A stretch of DNA of 64,000 nt from Laetmonice hystrix. Its lineage: Eukaryota. A model generated the notes under the pieces. The model saw only the letters and a program-made list of their open reading frames with translations. It had not been told where the DNA came from and did no database searches. This document shows, one piece after another, positions 40,601-55,600 of this stretch. Within the stretch, counting starts at the first letter, position 1, and every line of letters begins with the position of its first letter. A program made the translations under genes and the position numbers. The stretch is taken from NCBI GenBank assembly GCA_965235115.1, contig OZ249446.1, forward strand, positions 10,974,001 through 11,038,000, given 5' to 3'.

Positions 40601-43600
40601 TGTCAGATAACAGCACTTGGCCAAATCCCAGTTTGGGCGGAGACGTGAGGGGGATAGAAATTGTCGGGGAAACTTTCACTGCGACTGTTAGCCACATACA
40701 CGTACGGCAGAGAGACAGTCAGTATAAACATCAGCGCAGATTTGTTAAGTAAAAGAAGCACGCTGCCTTCAATACTACGCCGTGGTCTTTAAGCAGACCG
40801 TGTAACTGTTGTCCCATTGTGACTCCAACCACTCCGATGTTCCTCAGTACAATGGCATCAGTGTCATTACAATCGGTATCTAGTCCCACGTAGATGGCTG
40901 TATTCACGGAGCCAGGCTGTAATGTATCACTTGATACGTTTGTAATGTATCACTGGATACGTTTGTAAGTGTATCCTGGGGACATCCCATCAGGAGATTT
41001 GGCCAGATCACTCTGAGATCATCAACTGACGATTAGCGTCAGCAGCCTACTTATCTTTGACGAGGTATGGGCCGTACAGCTGGGTAAATACGCGGTATAG
41101 AGGATATAGTGCTGACAGCACGGATTACCTGGACGGGAAGAGATCACCAAGAGGATTTAAGTCTGGCCATCTGTTAATAACGGCTTCCATATTCACGTTC
41201 CTCCTCTTCCGAAGTCCACAGTCTGTGTGGTATAAAATCCCTTCATAGTTACAATGGTTTTCAAGTCTATAAGTATTCTTATACTTTGAATGTCCTTCTT
41301 TGTACAAGAACATGACTGTTGCACTTCCTGTTTGAGTAATTCACGTTCCTCCTCTTCAGTAGTCCGCACTGTGTGTGGTATAAAATCTCCCATCGTTTGG
41401 GCTGTCCTCTTACGGCTTCACGTTCCTGCTCTTCAGTAGTTATATAAAATCTCCTATCGTTTGGGTTGTGATTTCACAGTTATTTTCTCCGTGGTAATAT
41501 GTCAACATTCCCACGATATCGGGACAGAGCTGTGGATATGGATACTGGAGGTGGCGGTCTGAGGTCCAGTATTAATAATATGGAGAGACTTACCGTGCTG
41601 TGTTGATAGGAATGATCAGAGTTTAAGTTTACCTCGGCCTTACCTTGTAAGTAGTATATGGGTGACCCGAGCATGCTAGCAGTAGTAAGTAGTACATAAA
41701 TATGGGAGCTTGCGTCAGGCAAACACCGTGAAGTAGGGTACTGCCCATTGTTCCAGCAACATAGGAATAAATCTCTATGGTGCGCAATTGACTGCACCTC
41801 ATGAAATTGATTAAATCGTTTACAGCTGATAGTTGTAAGAAGTACTATAGACTCGTGTTGTTCATAATAGTAGGGACCTGCTTTGTTTGGGTGGATTCCA
41901 TTTCTGCCTTTGTGTGGCGAGCACTTTCTTCTATGGATGTGTCTCCGGTCTGGTAATAGAAAATGTTCTGTGAGACTGGGAGGCCCCAATGGTGTCTGAG
42001 GTCATGTTTGGGTAAGCAGGGTGTTTTCAGCCTGACAGCCACTTTACACATTCTACAAATGTTGCCCAATCGTGGGCGGGCAGGCTCCATTTGGTGCAGC
42101 CAGTGCTTTCAGTGGCTGATTCAATATTCCGAGAGATGAGGAAACCTTTGTGAACGTACGCGGTGGTTGTCAATGTGAGGAGGGACGATGGGCCGGAAGA
42201 CCGGTGTACTGTCATGTATTACTCCGCCAGGCGGCGTCATGTCGTTGATTTAAAGCCGACGTAAGATTAAATCGCCACCACAATTTGATTGTTGTCCCTC
42301 TGTCCGACGAACGAGGCTCATGTGAGATGTGAACACTTTCATCTCGTCCCTGAAGATCCTACTTTGTTACTAGAGGGTTGTGGTCTAGGAGCACGTAATT
42401 GTCATTGCTTTGGGAAACATTTATGGTAGGAAGTGGCGGTTCCTGGCGAGGTAATAGGGGTGTAATATGTGAACAATGGCGAGCAGAGAATAGCGATTTA
42501 TGGAAGGCCGCCGGGGTCAGACACCGCCGCCGGTATTGCTGTTTATGGTTGGCAGGACTGGCCATATCGTCACTTTGACTGCCGCGCCTTTCATAAACAC
42601 TGAATGTGCCCCTAGTGTCACCTAGTCACGTGGTCGGGAGAATATTACCATAGCGACCACATATAGCGACCTCTGGGGATTCGAGACTCCAGCACGAGGT
42701 GACAGTAGGATTCCACTTAGCGACGGGAAGCCATTATTATGTAGATGGCTTCACCCGTTGGCCCTTCACGGGAATCTATTTCGTTGATCATTTAGAAGAG
42801 TGCTTGTGTTGCCATTTCATTATTTGGATGTGAGACTGTGGACCACAGCCTCACAAACAGGACGATATTGGCGCGTAACCTGACGGGGGCATTTTCATGT
42901 GAATCATTACACAAAACGTCGTCAGCAAAACTTTTATCTCGGCCGTCAGGAAAATTACTGACATAATTTTCAGGTTTTTTATTTCGGCTCTGATCGATGT
43001 TAAGATACGTCTGAGTCAGTGTAACGCTTTCTGAGGGAATATGGGTATTATAACAGGGTGTTTGGGAATGCACTCAAATTCTTGTTGAATTCTTGTGACT
43101 GACCCAGGATCTTGTTTCTAATTTGAACCGTGACCAGAATTATGGTATTGTCTTGTTATTCCATATTTCTGTAGCCAACCTTTGTTTATGTATGTCTTTC
43201 TCCCGTGACAGGTGAGAGTGGATCCGGTAAAACATGCCCATATGTTTATGTAGCCTACCTTTGTTTACGTATGTTTTTTTCTCCCGTGACAGGTGAGAGT
43301 GGGGCAGGGAAAACTGAGGCCTCGAAGATCATCATGAGGTACATCGCTGCCGTAACCAACGTCAGCGGACAGAAGGAGGTAGAGAGGTGAGACACCTGCT
43401 CATATCTTGATGTAACCTACCTTTGTTTATGTAATATACTACATTGTTTTGTGTAAGTATATGTAGGAAATAAGATCTCTGTATTGCCTTTTTGTGACCT
43501 TGTGTCATCAGTGTTAACATTTGTTTTTCAAACCATGACAAGAATTGCCCCTTTATTTTATTCAATCAGTTGGTCTATATTTCTGAAGAAATATACAAGG

Positions 43601-46600
43601 TATTAGCCGAGGTGGTGTACTCTCAAACGTTCAAATATAATAATTTAGCATTTTTATAGTTCTGTGGCGAACAAATGGATAGACCATGTAGAATTGTGAT
43701 GAACCGTACCATGTCACTGGCTCACAGTAGCGTCACGTTTCCTTGACCACCTTCCAATGACAGAAAGTCCCCTCGATACCGACAGAAAGGTCATAGTATA
43801 CAAGAAGGTCACAGGATCCCTGGATCTGACAGCCGATGTGGGTATCAGGCAGGATATTATCAACCACACTGTGACGTCAGCATGCAGCGCCGACAGGCCA
43901 ATCATATCATGACACGTGACGCGCTCACCAACCAATAACATGATCCCACACAACGGCGCCCACTAAACCAATCACAACACCGCACACAGAGGCCACTGAC
44001 CAGTTCCCACTCTCACACAAAACCCTAAACCAATAACACCATCATGTACAAGTCTGAGAGACCCGTCACAAAATCACGGAGGATATGATATTGTCCCCAG
44101 TTCCCATGTCCAACTCCACCCGAAGGGCCGAATCCCATGAGTGTGAGGAGCAGTTCTAACTGCCCGGCTGCCTGAACAGAATTACCCGGCCTTCCCTCCA
44201 CCCATATGGAACCCGTAATTGGCCGATTGAAAGTGACGGTTAATCAGCGCGTGCCCGTGGCTGGAAGGGGAGTGTCACACGCAACAGGCCTTTACTAAAG
44301 TACTGGGCCCTTCCCGCCCGCCTGGCTCCCTCCTGGCTCCCGCCGCCTGGAGTAGCTCGGTCGGACCCGTTGGTCGGACCAATCTCATCAGCCTGGTCGG
44401 GTGTAGGGTTAAGGGAATCGTGTACCAGGGTGGGGTATTGTGTCAGCTAATATAGACTCTGTGGGCTCTTGTTGTACATTGTACATGTATACTTCCAGTT
44501 TGTCCGATAATAAATACTTTCTGAAGCTGACTGAGAACCTGTACTAATGGTACACTTAGACTGATGAAGTCTGCATTGGAACACCTGTACTAATGGTACA
44601 CTGACTGATGAAGTCTGCAGTGGAAAACCTGTACTAATGGTACACTTGGACTGATGAAGTCTGCAGTGGAACACCTGTACTAATGGTACACTTGAACTGG
44701 TGAAGTCTGCAGTGGAGAACCTGTACTAATGGTACACTTGGACTGGTGAAGTCTGCAGTGGAACACCTGTACTAATGGTACACTTGGACTGATGAAGTCT
44801 GCAGTGGAACACCTGTACTAATGGTACACTTGGACTGATGAAGTCTGCAGTGGAACACCTGTACTAATGGTACACTTGGACTGATGAAGTCTGCAGTGAA
44901 GAACCTGTACTAATGGTACACTTGGACTGAAGAAGTCTGCAGTGGAACACCTGTACTAATGGTACACTTGGACTGAAGAAGTCTGCAGTGGAGAACCTGT
45001 ACTACTGGTACACTTGGACTGAAGAAGTCTGCAGTGGAGAACCTGTACTAATGGTACACTTGGACTGATGAAGTCTGCAGTGAAGAACCTGTACTAATGG
45101 TACACTTGGACTGAAGAAGTCTGCAGTGGAACACCTGTACTAATGGTACACTTGGACTGAAGAAGTCTGCAGTGGAGAACCTGTACTAATGGTACACTTG
45201 GACTGAGGAAGTCTGCAGTGGAACACCTGTACTATAATGGTACACTTGGACTGATGAAATCTGCAGTGGAGAACCTGTAATGGTACACTTGGACTGATGA
45301 AGTCTGCAGTGGAGAACCTGTAATGGTACACTTGGACTGATGAAGTCTGCAGTGAATACGGATAGGCCCCCAGTAGGACACACATTGTATGTTAGAGACC
45401 TGGGCTGTGAGTGCTGCTCAGTTGTCTAATCAGTTAAGGTGCTCTGGAACATTAAAGATTGCTTCATGAAGTGCCCTCGTCTGGCTTTCAGTCTTCGTCT
45501 TCACCCTGTGTTAATACATCTTGTTAACCATACACCGTCGGCTTTACAATCAATACAAATTCCCCACTGAGAGATAAGATAGAAACATAAGACGAAATAG
45601 ATAAAAATATATTTTGCGTGACGTAGCACCCAGCTTCTACTATTTACCGTCGACCGGCCAAAGAGATATAGTGACGGTCTTGGAGGGAACCTTCCTCGGC
45701 GCAGTGTGTTTTTGTCGGTAGAAGATGCAGGCCTTCTACAGAGGAGGAAGTAAAGAGTGACAGTCAGGATTGTGATGGGAGGTCAGGCTGATGGTGTCCT
45801 CGCGTGACGACAGTTAGTGCTTTCAGTCCCGAGAGATGGTCGTCAAACCTCGGGCATTACGGTAGACATCGATATACTGTCTGAGAGTGACATCAGACAT
45901 TTCTCCTGTCTGAGAGTGACATTAGACATCCATCTCCTGTCTGTGAGTGACATTAGACATCCATCTCCTGTTTGATAGTGACATTAAACATCCATCTCCT
46001 GTCTGAGAGTGACATCAGACATCTCTCCTGTCTGAGAGTGACATTAGACATCCATATTCTGTCTGAGAGTGACATTAGACATCCATCTCCTGTCTGAGAG
46101 TGACATTAAACATCCATCTCCTGTCTGAGAGTGACATCAGACATCTCTCCTGTCTGAGAGTGACATTAGACATCCATCTCCTGTCTGAGAGTGACATTAA
46201 ACATCCATATTCTGTCTGAGAGTGACATTAGACATCCATCTCCTGTCTGAGAGTGACATCAGACATCCATCTCCTGTCTGAGAGTGACATTAGACATCCA
46301 TCTCCTGTCTGAGAGTGACATTAGACATCCATCTCCTGTCTGAGAGTGACATTAGACATCCATCTCCTGTCTGAGAGTGACATCAGACATCCATCTTCTG
46401 TCTGAGAGTGACATTAAACATCCATCTCCTGTCTGAGAGTGACATCAGACATCCATCTCCTGTCTGAGAGTGACATTAGACATCCATCTCCTGTCTGAGA
46501 GTGACATCAGACATCCATCTTCTGTCTGAGAGTGACATTAAACATCCATCTCCTGTCTGAGAGTGACATCAGACATCCATCTTCTGTCTGAGAGTGACAT

Positions 46601-49600
46601 TAAACATCCACATTCTGTCTGTGAGTGACATTAGACATCTATCTCCTGTCTGAGAGTGACATTAAACATCCATATTCTGTCTGTGAGTGACAGACATTAA
46701 TTTCCTGTCAGTGAGTGACATTAGACATCAATATTCTGTCTGAGAGTGACATCAGACATCTATCTCCTGTCTGAGAGTGACATTAAACAGCCATCTCGTG
46801 TCTGAGAGTGACATTGGACACCCATCTCCTGTCTGAGAGTGACATTAAATATCCGTATTCTATCTGTGAGTGACATGAAACATTAATCTCCCATCTGAGA
46901 GTGACATATCTGTAGAACTACTTACGTATCGAACGCACGATAGGAAGAGGGCGGGGATAGTAGTTAGGCAAATGGGACAGAAATCTTGAAATCTGTTGCA
47001 GTCAGAAGTATTGGAGTACAGAAACGCCCATTAGAAGGTAACCATGGCTCAGCGGTCCAGTACCAGTTCTCTGTGTGGTATAAAAGAATATCTACACAAC
47101 TTCTGGCAGCGGGGACATGTGCTGTCCGCAGGGTCCTGTTATTGGCCTTGTGCTGGGACACCACATGGAACAGTCGTTGAGTGTCCTATACTTGATGGGA
47201 TACCACCCGGAACAGCCAGTGAATGTCCTAGACTTGATGGGACACCACACGGAACAACCAATTAGTGTTTTTGTTTATTGGCCTTCCTTGCCAACCCGCC
47301 TAAATAAAGAATTTTAATCGTCTTTCAAGATGGACTTTATTATGTGGCTTTGTTAATGAAGTGCAGGTTTCCCAGAGGAGGGAACACTCCCGTATACTAT
47401 AATAACCTCCCTGACAGTATACTGATTCCTGCCTCAGACGTGGCTGACCGGGAGTTAAGTGCCAATAGACCACCGTTTTCATTACCAATCATGACAATCA
47501 CACTTCCCACTCGTCTCATCTCGACTGTCGTCTCACCCCGCTCAAGATTGGTAGCCATGGTAACGCCATACCATTGTAACGTTATCACCTCCTGTGTGTC
47601 TCCCCAGTGAGGCCTCCTCACCCTGGAGAGACTTTTACCGGTTTCTGGGAGCGATATACCAACCAGGACTTTGGAACATTCTGTAGAAAACATAAAGTCG
47701 GAGAGGGACATAAAGAGAGAAGGAATAAGATTATAAAAAATATTTTAAAATTTTTCTTTTCATGTTAGCGTCTTCCTAAATGATTACAAAAACGTATATC
47801 CGTGAGATTCTAGGGTAAAACAAACAAGGCGGTTTTATGAGGCACGTTTTACATTATTGTAACGGAAGAAAATTGTTCAATGAACTCATTCCCTTTTCTA
47901 TGTTATGTCTTTCAGAGTAAAAAACATCTTGTTACAATCCAACTGTATCCTTGAGGCGTTTGGAAACGCCAAGACGACCCGCAATGATAACTCGAGTCGG
48001 TTTGGAAAGTACATGGACATCAACTTTGACTTCAAAGGGGATCCGATCGGGGGACACATAAACAACTACCTGTTAGAAAAGGTAAGAAAACATAACCAAC
48101 TTCCTGTTAGAATAGGTAAGAAAACATGAACAGCTTCCTGTTAGAATAGGTAAGAAAACATAACCAACTTCCTGTTAGAATAGGTAAGAAAACATAACCA
48201 ACTTCCTGTTAGAATAGGTAAGAAAACATAACCAACTTCCTGTTAGAATAGGTAAGAAAACATAACCAACTACCTGCTAGAATAGGTAAGAAAACATAAC
48301 CAACTTCCTGTTAGAATAGGTAAGAAAACATGAACAGCTTCCTGTTAGAATAGGTAAGAAAACATAACCAACTTCCTGTTAGTATAGGTAAGAAAACATA
48401 ACCAACTTCCTGTTAGAATAGGTAAGAAAACATAACCAACTTCCTGTTAGAATAGGTAAGAAAACATAACCAACTTCCTGTTAGAATGGGTAAGAAAACC
48501 TGAACAACTTCCTGTTAGAATAGGTAAGACGACGTCAGACATGTGTGTAGTATAAATTATGTGTAGTATAATAGTGGAAACCTTGTGTTACCAAACTGGG
48601 ATCAGTTTTATGACAGTTTTAACAAATTTGTTATCATTCTCTTCCAGTCTCGAGTGGTCTACCAACAACAAGGAGAGAGAAATTTCCATGCATTCTATCA
48701 GGTGAGCTTACTATCATGACTGACGTACAAGGTTAAACAATCTACAGATTTGGTATTTGCTAATATCCTACTCTCAAATGCCTGATATTACTTTACATTT
48801 TTTAGTGATCCTGATTCCACGATGGTCGATATAACAAAGTATCATTTCCTGTATACATAGAGACCAATCATGGGTGTTGTTTAAAGTAATCTATTGTAAG
48901 TCAGACATCCTCAATGTTCCTTCATTGATTTGACAGCTATTGTTTGGTTCACCCGAACCCAAACTTGGTGAACTTCGACTGACCCGGAACCCCAAGCTCT
49001 ACCACTACCTCAACCAAGGCGGTGACTCTAAGGTGAGTCCTTGACCTCTCTGACATTTGGGTCACGTGATTACCTGAGGAATGATGCATGCTGGGAGAGT
49101 GAACAGTCTTATTCATGGCAGGATGGCGTCATTATGTGAATGGTTTTATATAGTTTAAATAAAACTTATAATTTTTATATCAGTCTATTTTCTGGTGAAT
49201 GAATTGCGTGCAGCATATGATTATGGAACCCGATTAAAGTTTCTGAATGATTTCGTGTTGAGCTGTGCATACTGTGGGCGATGTCTGTACGGTTTAAGTT
49301 GATCTCTTCAGGCACGAATGTACGCCGGAAGTTATGTTGTCGGCCTTGTCTCCCACGCTTTGTAGACCTAGGAATTGAAACAAATCATCATTTTTACACA
49401 TCCTAATAACATTCAAAATTCATAAACTCTGATCATTGATGCCACAAGTATTGAGTGGGAAGATGATGATTTGAAATGATGACGACGACAGCTAGATTAC
49501 AAAGCTCTGTGATCGATTGGTCTGATCCTGATCACCAAGACACAGTGAGTCATACAATGGATGGGATTTCCCTGCATGTATAGTTCTACAATCTGTGTGC

Positions 49601-52600
49601 GACCTCAATAAATTTATTGTATATTTTCCTGTCATCGTAATCTGTTCCATCAACCTTACTGATTGCCTTTTGGGTGAATACAAAATATATTCCTCAAACT
49701 TAATCATTGCCAATCCAGCATCAGTTCAATCATTGTCAGTTATTGGTGAATCGATCCACCTTGACTACCACATCCTGCGAAGTCTGGCCCAGCTTACATT
49801 ATAAAATACATTTATAACTTACATTTCCCCAGGATATGAATAACCATTTTGCCATGAATCATTATGAAGGTATTTATCACCCTAAAGGTTTTAACACTAG
49901 GTTGATGAGAGCAGGGTCCATATGATTTCGCTAATGTCTGTCTGTTATTTTGCATTGGCGTTGCCTTGATGTTTGGGTAAGTTAGTCGGAAGTAAGTGGG
50001 ATGATCTTTCTAATGCGCATGACCATGGCACTTATAGCCCTCTGGTGCCAAACAAAGCAACCACGAACCGAAAACGTGTGACGTTGACCTTGACGGTGAC
50101 CTTGACGATGACCTTGACGATGACCTCCATTATCTGTGTGTGGGTAAAATAGACTAAAATTGAGCCGTGTCATTTGGTTTCCAAGTGTAACCTCCCGGCT
50201 CCGATAACCGGAGATTAGCCGAAGCTCCTGCGGATGTAAGTTGTCGTCAGTAATCACTAGGTGGCGCTGTATGCTTTATCTCGTTGTGAAGGCGTCCTTG
50301 GATAGGGACAGACGCCCGTACCGACCGCGCCCACCATTCACGCCATCACACAATCGTGAGAAATTCTCCCTTAGTGATCATTGTGTGATATGTAGACTCT
50401 AACAGATTGTCCTTGACTGTATACTGACATACGTGGGGGATATTTCTGAGAGGATTTAGAAGAACTAATATCTTAGCAAAGTATACGAATATGATGTGAA
50501 TAGACCCAGACCGGATGGGCCCCCTATTCTTTATTTTGATTCTTGATACAGACCAACAAAGGCATATCTGAGTCTTATCTCGATCCTTTTTTGTTGGACG
50601 TTTTTAACGTTTGACGTGGACTTGCAGTGGGTTGCTGTTGTGTTGGCGCCAGAATAAGCTTTGAAGTGTATTTTGATAACACATACAACCCCATCAAAGA
50701 ACTTGTCTCTGGAGATATTCCGTCAAAGATTACTTGTTTTGTAATACAACCTTGTTTAAAGATATAACATTAGAGTATCATTGATATCAATGGAAGTAAA
50801 CAAAAGGAGATGTGTGAACTGAAGGTGCTTTCAGAGACAGGTTTCCATGAAGGTTGGATGTGTTTTGTTTACTTGGCCAGAGGTAATTGGCATGAGACGC
50901 GGCCCTCTGGTGGCTAGGTGAGGGACTACTGATCACGTGACCTTCACTATATCCACATGTTTCCACGTATTGAGTGTGCATTTCACTGAACCTCATTGAG
51001 AGTGAATGATGAATCAAATGAAGACACTATATGTTTACGAACAGATGAGCAATATGTCCTGTGTAATGCTATATCTCAGGCATTAACAAGAGAAGCATAG
51101 TACTTACTTTCATTGTTTGTCAAGTACATGTATTATAATAATCGTTATTATCGCAACTTTTCAATAGTTTCCATGACTGAAAGTATTTTCATAAATAAAG
51201 TATACGATGAATTAACCTTCTTTTTAAAAGTATGAGAAGTTAAGAGATGATTTGTTAGTGTGGAAATGTTTTTGTTGTGATTGAGCAGTTTGTATGAACA
51301 ATGTTTGAACTGTTCTGCCTCCAATACCAGAAATCCTTCCAGGTTGGCCCGAGTAAACTTTATTAACTTTACGCTTTCATGACGCTAAACTGATGTGTTC
51401 AGGGTGACGCTTACCTGATAAACTGACGTGTTCAGAGTGACGCTTACTTGATCAACTGACATGTTCAGAGTGACGCTTACTTGATCAACTGACGTGTTTA
51501 GGTTTTTGAACTCACATTCAGCAGGGTTTCTGCTTGCGACTGGCGCCAGATGGCGCTAGTTCCCTGTGCTGCGCTTCTGGTCCCTCCAATGAGATACATA
51601 ACCATCACCCGTGTTTACGGAATTATTGCACAAAATATTTACCACACTGAGATAGGCAATCATTTGGCATAAAAGGAGCCACCATCTTTTTCAACCTTAT
51701 AGCTATAACTTTATTCTATGTAAAAGGTCAGCTTTGGTGAAGAAAAACTGCAACAGTAATATCATATATTTATGTCTGACTTAAAGGAAATATAAATTCT
51801 GAGCATAAATGATTGCATTTCTCACAGTTTATGTGCTTTCGCCTCTGAAATAATAAAACCCCAAAAAAACGGGAACAGGTATTGAGGCTAACTTAAAAGT
51901 TGTAAATTTTTCCCAAATCTGTACAAACGAGCAAACCATGGGAAGAATATATGAAAACTGGCACGGATAACATTGTTTCCAAGTTATTTACCAAAATCTG
52001 ATTTGCAACAGAATTTTAATAAAATAATAAAATTGTTGGATGGTCAAAATATCAGGAACTGACAATCATTGATTCAAGATCAAGATAAAGATTTGGTTGC
52101 TAGGAAATTCTCAAAGCTCAAATAAAGGTCCCTGTAACCTTTGCTCCTCTTTGGAACATTCTAAACCTGAAAACGTGTTTGAACAAAGGAAGAAAATCTG
52201 TGAAGAATTGTTATTGAAATGTCCACCTCATTGTTAGGACGTTCAGGGGACGGGGAGATAGCCGAGGTGCATGTGTAGCTGAGAGTTGAATGGAAGCAGT
52301 TGGTAGAGCCTATAGTAACAGGTACCAAGGCTGGCCTCGCCTAATACATAGTTTGCCTATAGACGGGGGTGACTACTCCAGTGGCTGACCCTCGCAGGTA
52401 GTGCCACTCACCTGGCTTGTTGACATGTTGATTATTGGCGCCATCTAGTGTTTGCAACAAGAACTGAAGGGCGGCATGCCAATGTGACCAACATTTGCAG
52501 ATTACGAGCAGGAGGTCGACGTGGGTGACCAATGAGGACCAGACTATATCGTACACGGTATAACGGAGGTTTATCTCAACGGTCTCTTCTCATCGACACT

Positions 52601-55600
52601 AATCATATTTATCTCACCTTCCTGTGATTTCTCGATAAATCTTTTGTTTTATTCTCTTAGCCTAGTCGTTCCATGAACAATCTGTTATGACTTGTTGCCT
52701 GGTATGTTGTTCAGTTAACAATAGTTTGTACCAGCTATCTTTCATGTAGTTGCAATGACACTAATACTAACTGGCAATCTGTTTAAAGTATGACTTCAGT
52801 TGTTTTAAAATTTGAAATAAGATCATTATCTGTTGGTGTTATGGGATATTTGACATGACATCCTTCTTACCAACTACTCGTTGTTATGATGAAGTCAGTG
52901 ACGATTTAGAAGTGACAAATTGGAAAATACCTTCTTACCCATAATTGTGATCAGTCACACTCACTTTAAAACAGGTACTTAACAAGTCAGTAACATGAAG
53001 GTAGTTTGAAGGGTTTGGCTAATTATTAGAAAGAAGAATGATTATGTTTTTGTTATAATGTAACTCTGTTATTTTTCAGTAGGTTGAAATGTGTTTTAAT
53101 AAAAGTTGATAGAATTGTCAGGAACCCCTACAAAGAGTGACGGCAGTGTCTAAGTCATAAATACAGGGACAATAACACGATCATAACCAGAGTAAAGGTC
53201 CCTGAACTTGAAACTGAATCAAAAGTTCATTAGAAGTGACTTGGTTTTGATTGTGAACTGGGCCTTGAACTAGGAGCATTGCCCTTGATTACTGAGGACC
53301 AAGTATTGTAAGGGGGCAACGACTAGGTACTCAGACTAGAACTCCTTGCTGTCAATGATAACAGTTACCACGACTGGTTACTTTTCTTTCTCTCATCCTT
53401 TCATTGGGCGAGGAGTTTAACAAAGCTTGGGTTTATAACTCAGCGCTGCGGCGAAGGATTGAGAAAATACAATCCAGATACTAACAATTTTATCCTTATC
53501 CTATTATTGAAAAATGGTGATGGTCTCAAAACGAGTTAAGGCATTTGATTTCGGGGAGTTAGCATTAATTTATTAGAAAGATCTGGTAAAATATTTAGTT
53601 GATTTACAGTATTCGTCCAAGTGATATATAATGGTTCTTGTAAATTCAGTTTCTTTATAACATTTGACCAGAGATGTGTTGTCCTCTCTGTATATTATTT
53701 TAATTATCTTTATTATAATGTCCATTTAATTTCAGTAAATTCATAGATTTTCACACGAACCCACTAGACAAGAAGATATATTTGATGACATCCTCTGTTA
53801 CGTGTTCTGAGAGGTCGGTTTTGGTTGGTTGTTGCTAGGTTACGACAATAAATGACAAGACAGATTATCGGTTAGTGATGGATGCCATGAAAGCCATCGG
53901 GTTCTCCTTCAAACATGCTGAAACCATCTGGAAGACGGTCGCTGCCATCCTACACTTGGTGAGTTTCTTAATCTTTACTCCATTCAAATAATGTTGTCCG
54001 TCAAAGCTAACGTTCCTCATTCTACGGTTAGTCAGTTGCTCTAAGATTGAGACGACGTTAGGTCTCATCCCGTTGTTTTCCGGTGTATATGGAATCGATT
54101 GTCACCTTGACCATGACCTTCAGGGTAACATGGACTTCGTGGAGGGTGACGACGGCGCCAAGGTGAAGGACGACTCGACGACCCGCGCCATTGCTGACCT
54201 ACTTCAGGTAGACGCCAGTGCCGTAGAGAAAGCGCTGTGCTCGCGCGTCGTCGCCGCACGTAATGACGTCATCAACAAAGGTCACACCGTCAACGAGGCG
54301 ATCATAGGACGGGACGCGTTCGCCAAGGTTAGATCATCACACTGCCCTTCTCTCCTGTCAATTCTGGATCGAAAATCCGACATCTCATTTCAATAAAAAT
54401 TGGCTTCTAGTAGGATGGGTGGTGAAATGGTGACAGCTTGTTCAGGATGTGAGCTGGTTACGTCACAGAGCGTCAAAACATAAAGGGCGAACTCCCATTG
54501 GTTCCTGGATGTCGCTCTGTGTGGACGTTGAAGCCTACACGACCACTACATGGACGTTTAGAGAATATATTTGGCCATTACTGTATAAAGAATACACGAC
54601 CATTCCATGTTATACAATATGTCAGTATAGTGAAAGTTATTGGGTTGATTTTGTTAGACTATGTCTCGAGGTATTGGGAGGAATACATTAAAGAGATTGG
54701 TAAGTATGTGACTGTCTGTCCTCAGGCTATCTATGACCGGATGTTTACGTGGATTGTGGGTAGGATTAACCAGGCCATTGAAGTACGTCAAGACGTCATC
54801 GACCATCACCGTAACACAGTGATTGGAGTTCTCGATATCTACGGCTTCGAGATCTTCGACAACAATAGGTGAGACCAAGTGCTCATCTTCTTCTGTTCTT
54901 GATTTCTCTTCGCAGAGGTCTCTAAATTATCGATGTTGTACCCTCCCTTTGACAGAGTTCTCCTTTTGGACTGGACTGAAAATGTTGAATTATTTTTTTA
55001 CAGTTTTGAACAGTTCTGCATCAACTACTGTAACGAGAAACTGCAGCAACTGTTTATAGAACTGGTACTGAAGCAGGAACAGGAGGAATATATGAGAGAG
55101 GGCATCACTTGGCAACATGTGAGTACTCTACCACACACCCCTCACACCCCACCCCTTCCACACACACCCCACACAATCCTCACACCCCACAATATATGAG
55201 AAGGAGAATCACGTAGTAACATGTACCATACCTACAACCCCATACCTATCACATCCCACCCGACACCACCCTACCCCCCCCCCCCCCCACCAAACGCCTA
55301 ACCTCCAGTCTGTAAATGTAGTCACTGGAACTATTCTCAAAGATCGTGTCAGTCTGAAAATAATACCTTTACCGCACTACTACATGTATCTGATTTACGT
55401 GCTGCTTGTTTTTTTTGATCAGATCGACTACTTTAACAACAAGATTATCTGTGACCTGGTCGAGGTGCCTCACAAGGGAGTCCTTGCTATCCTGGACGAG
55501 GCCTGTCTGAATGTGGGAAAGGTCACGGACAAGGTTAGTATCAGAGCAATCCGGGCTTTCGATACGGCTTCTCATTGGCTGGTTCTGTACGTGATCGGCC

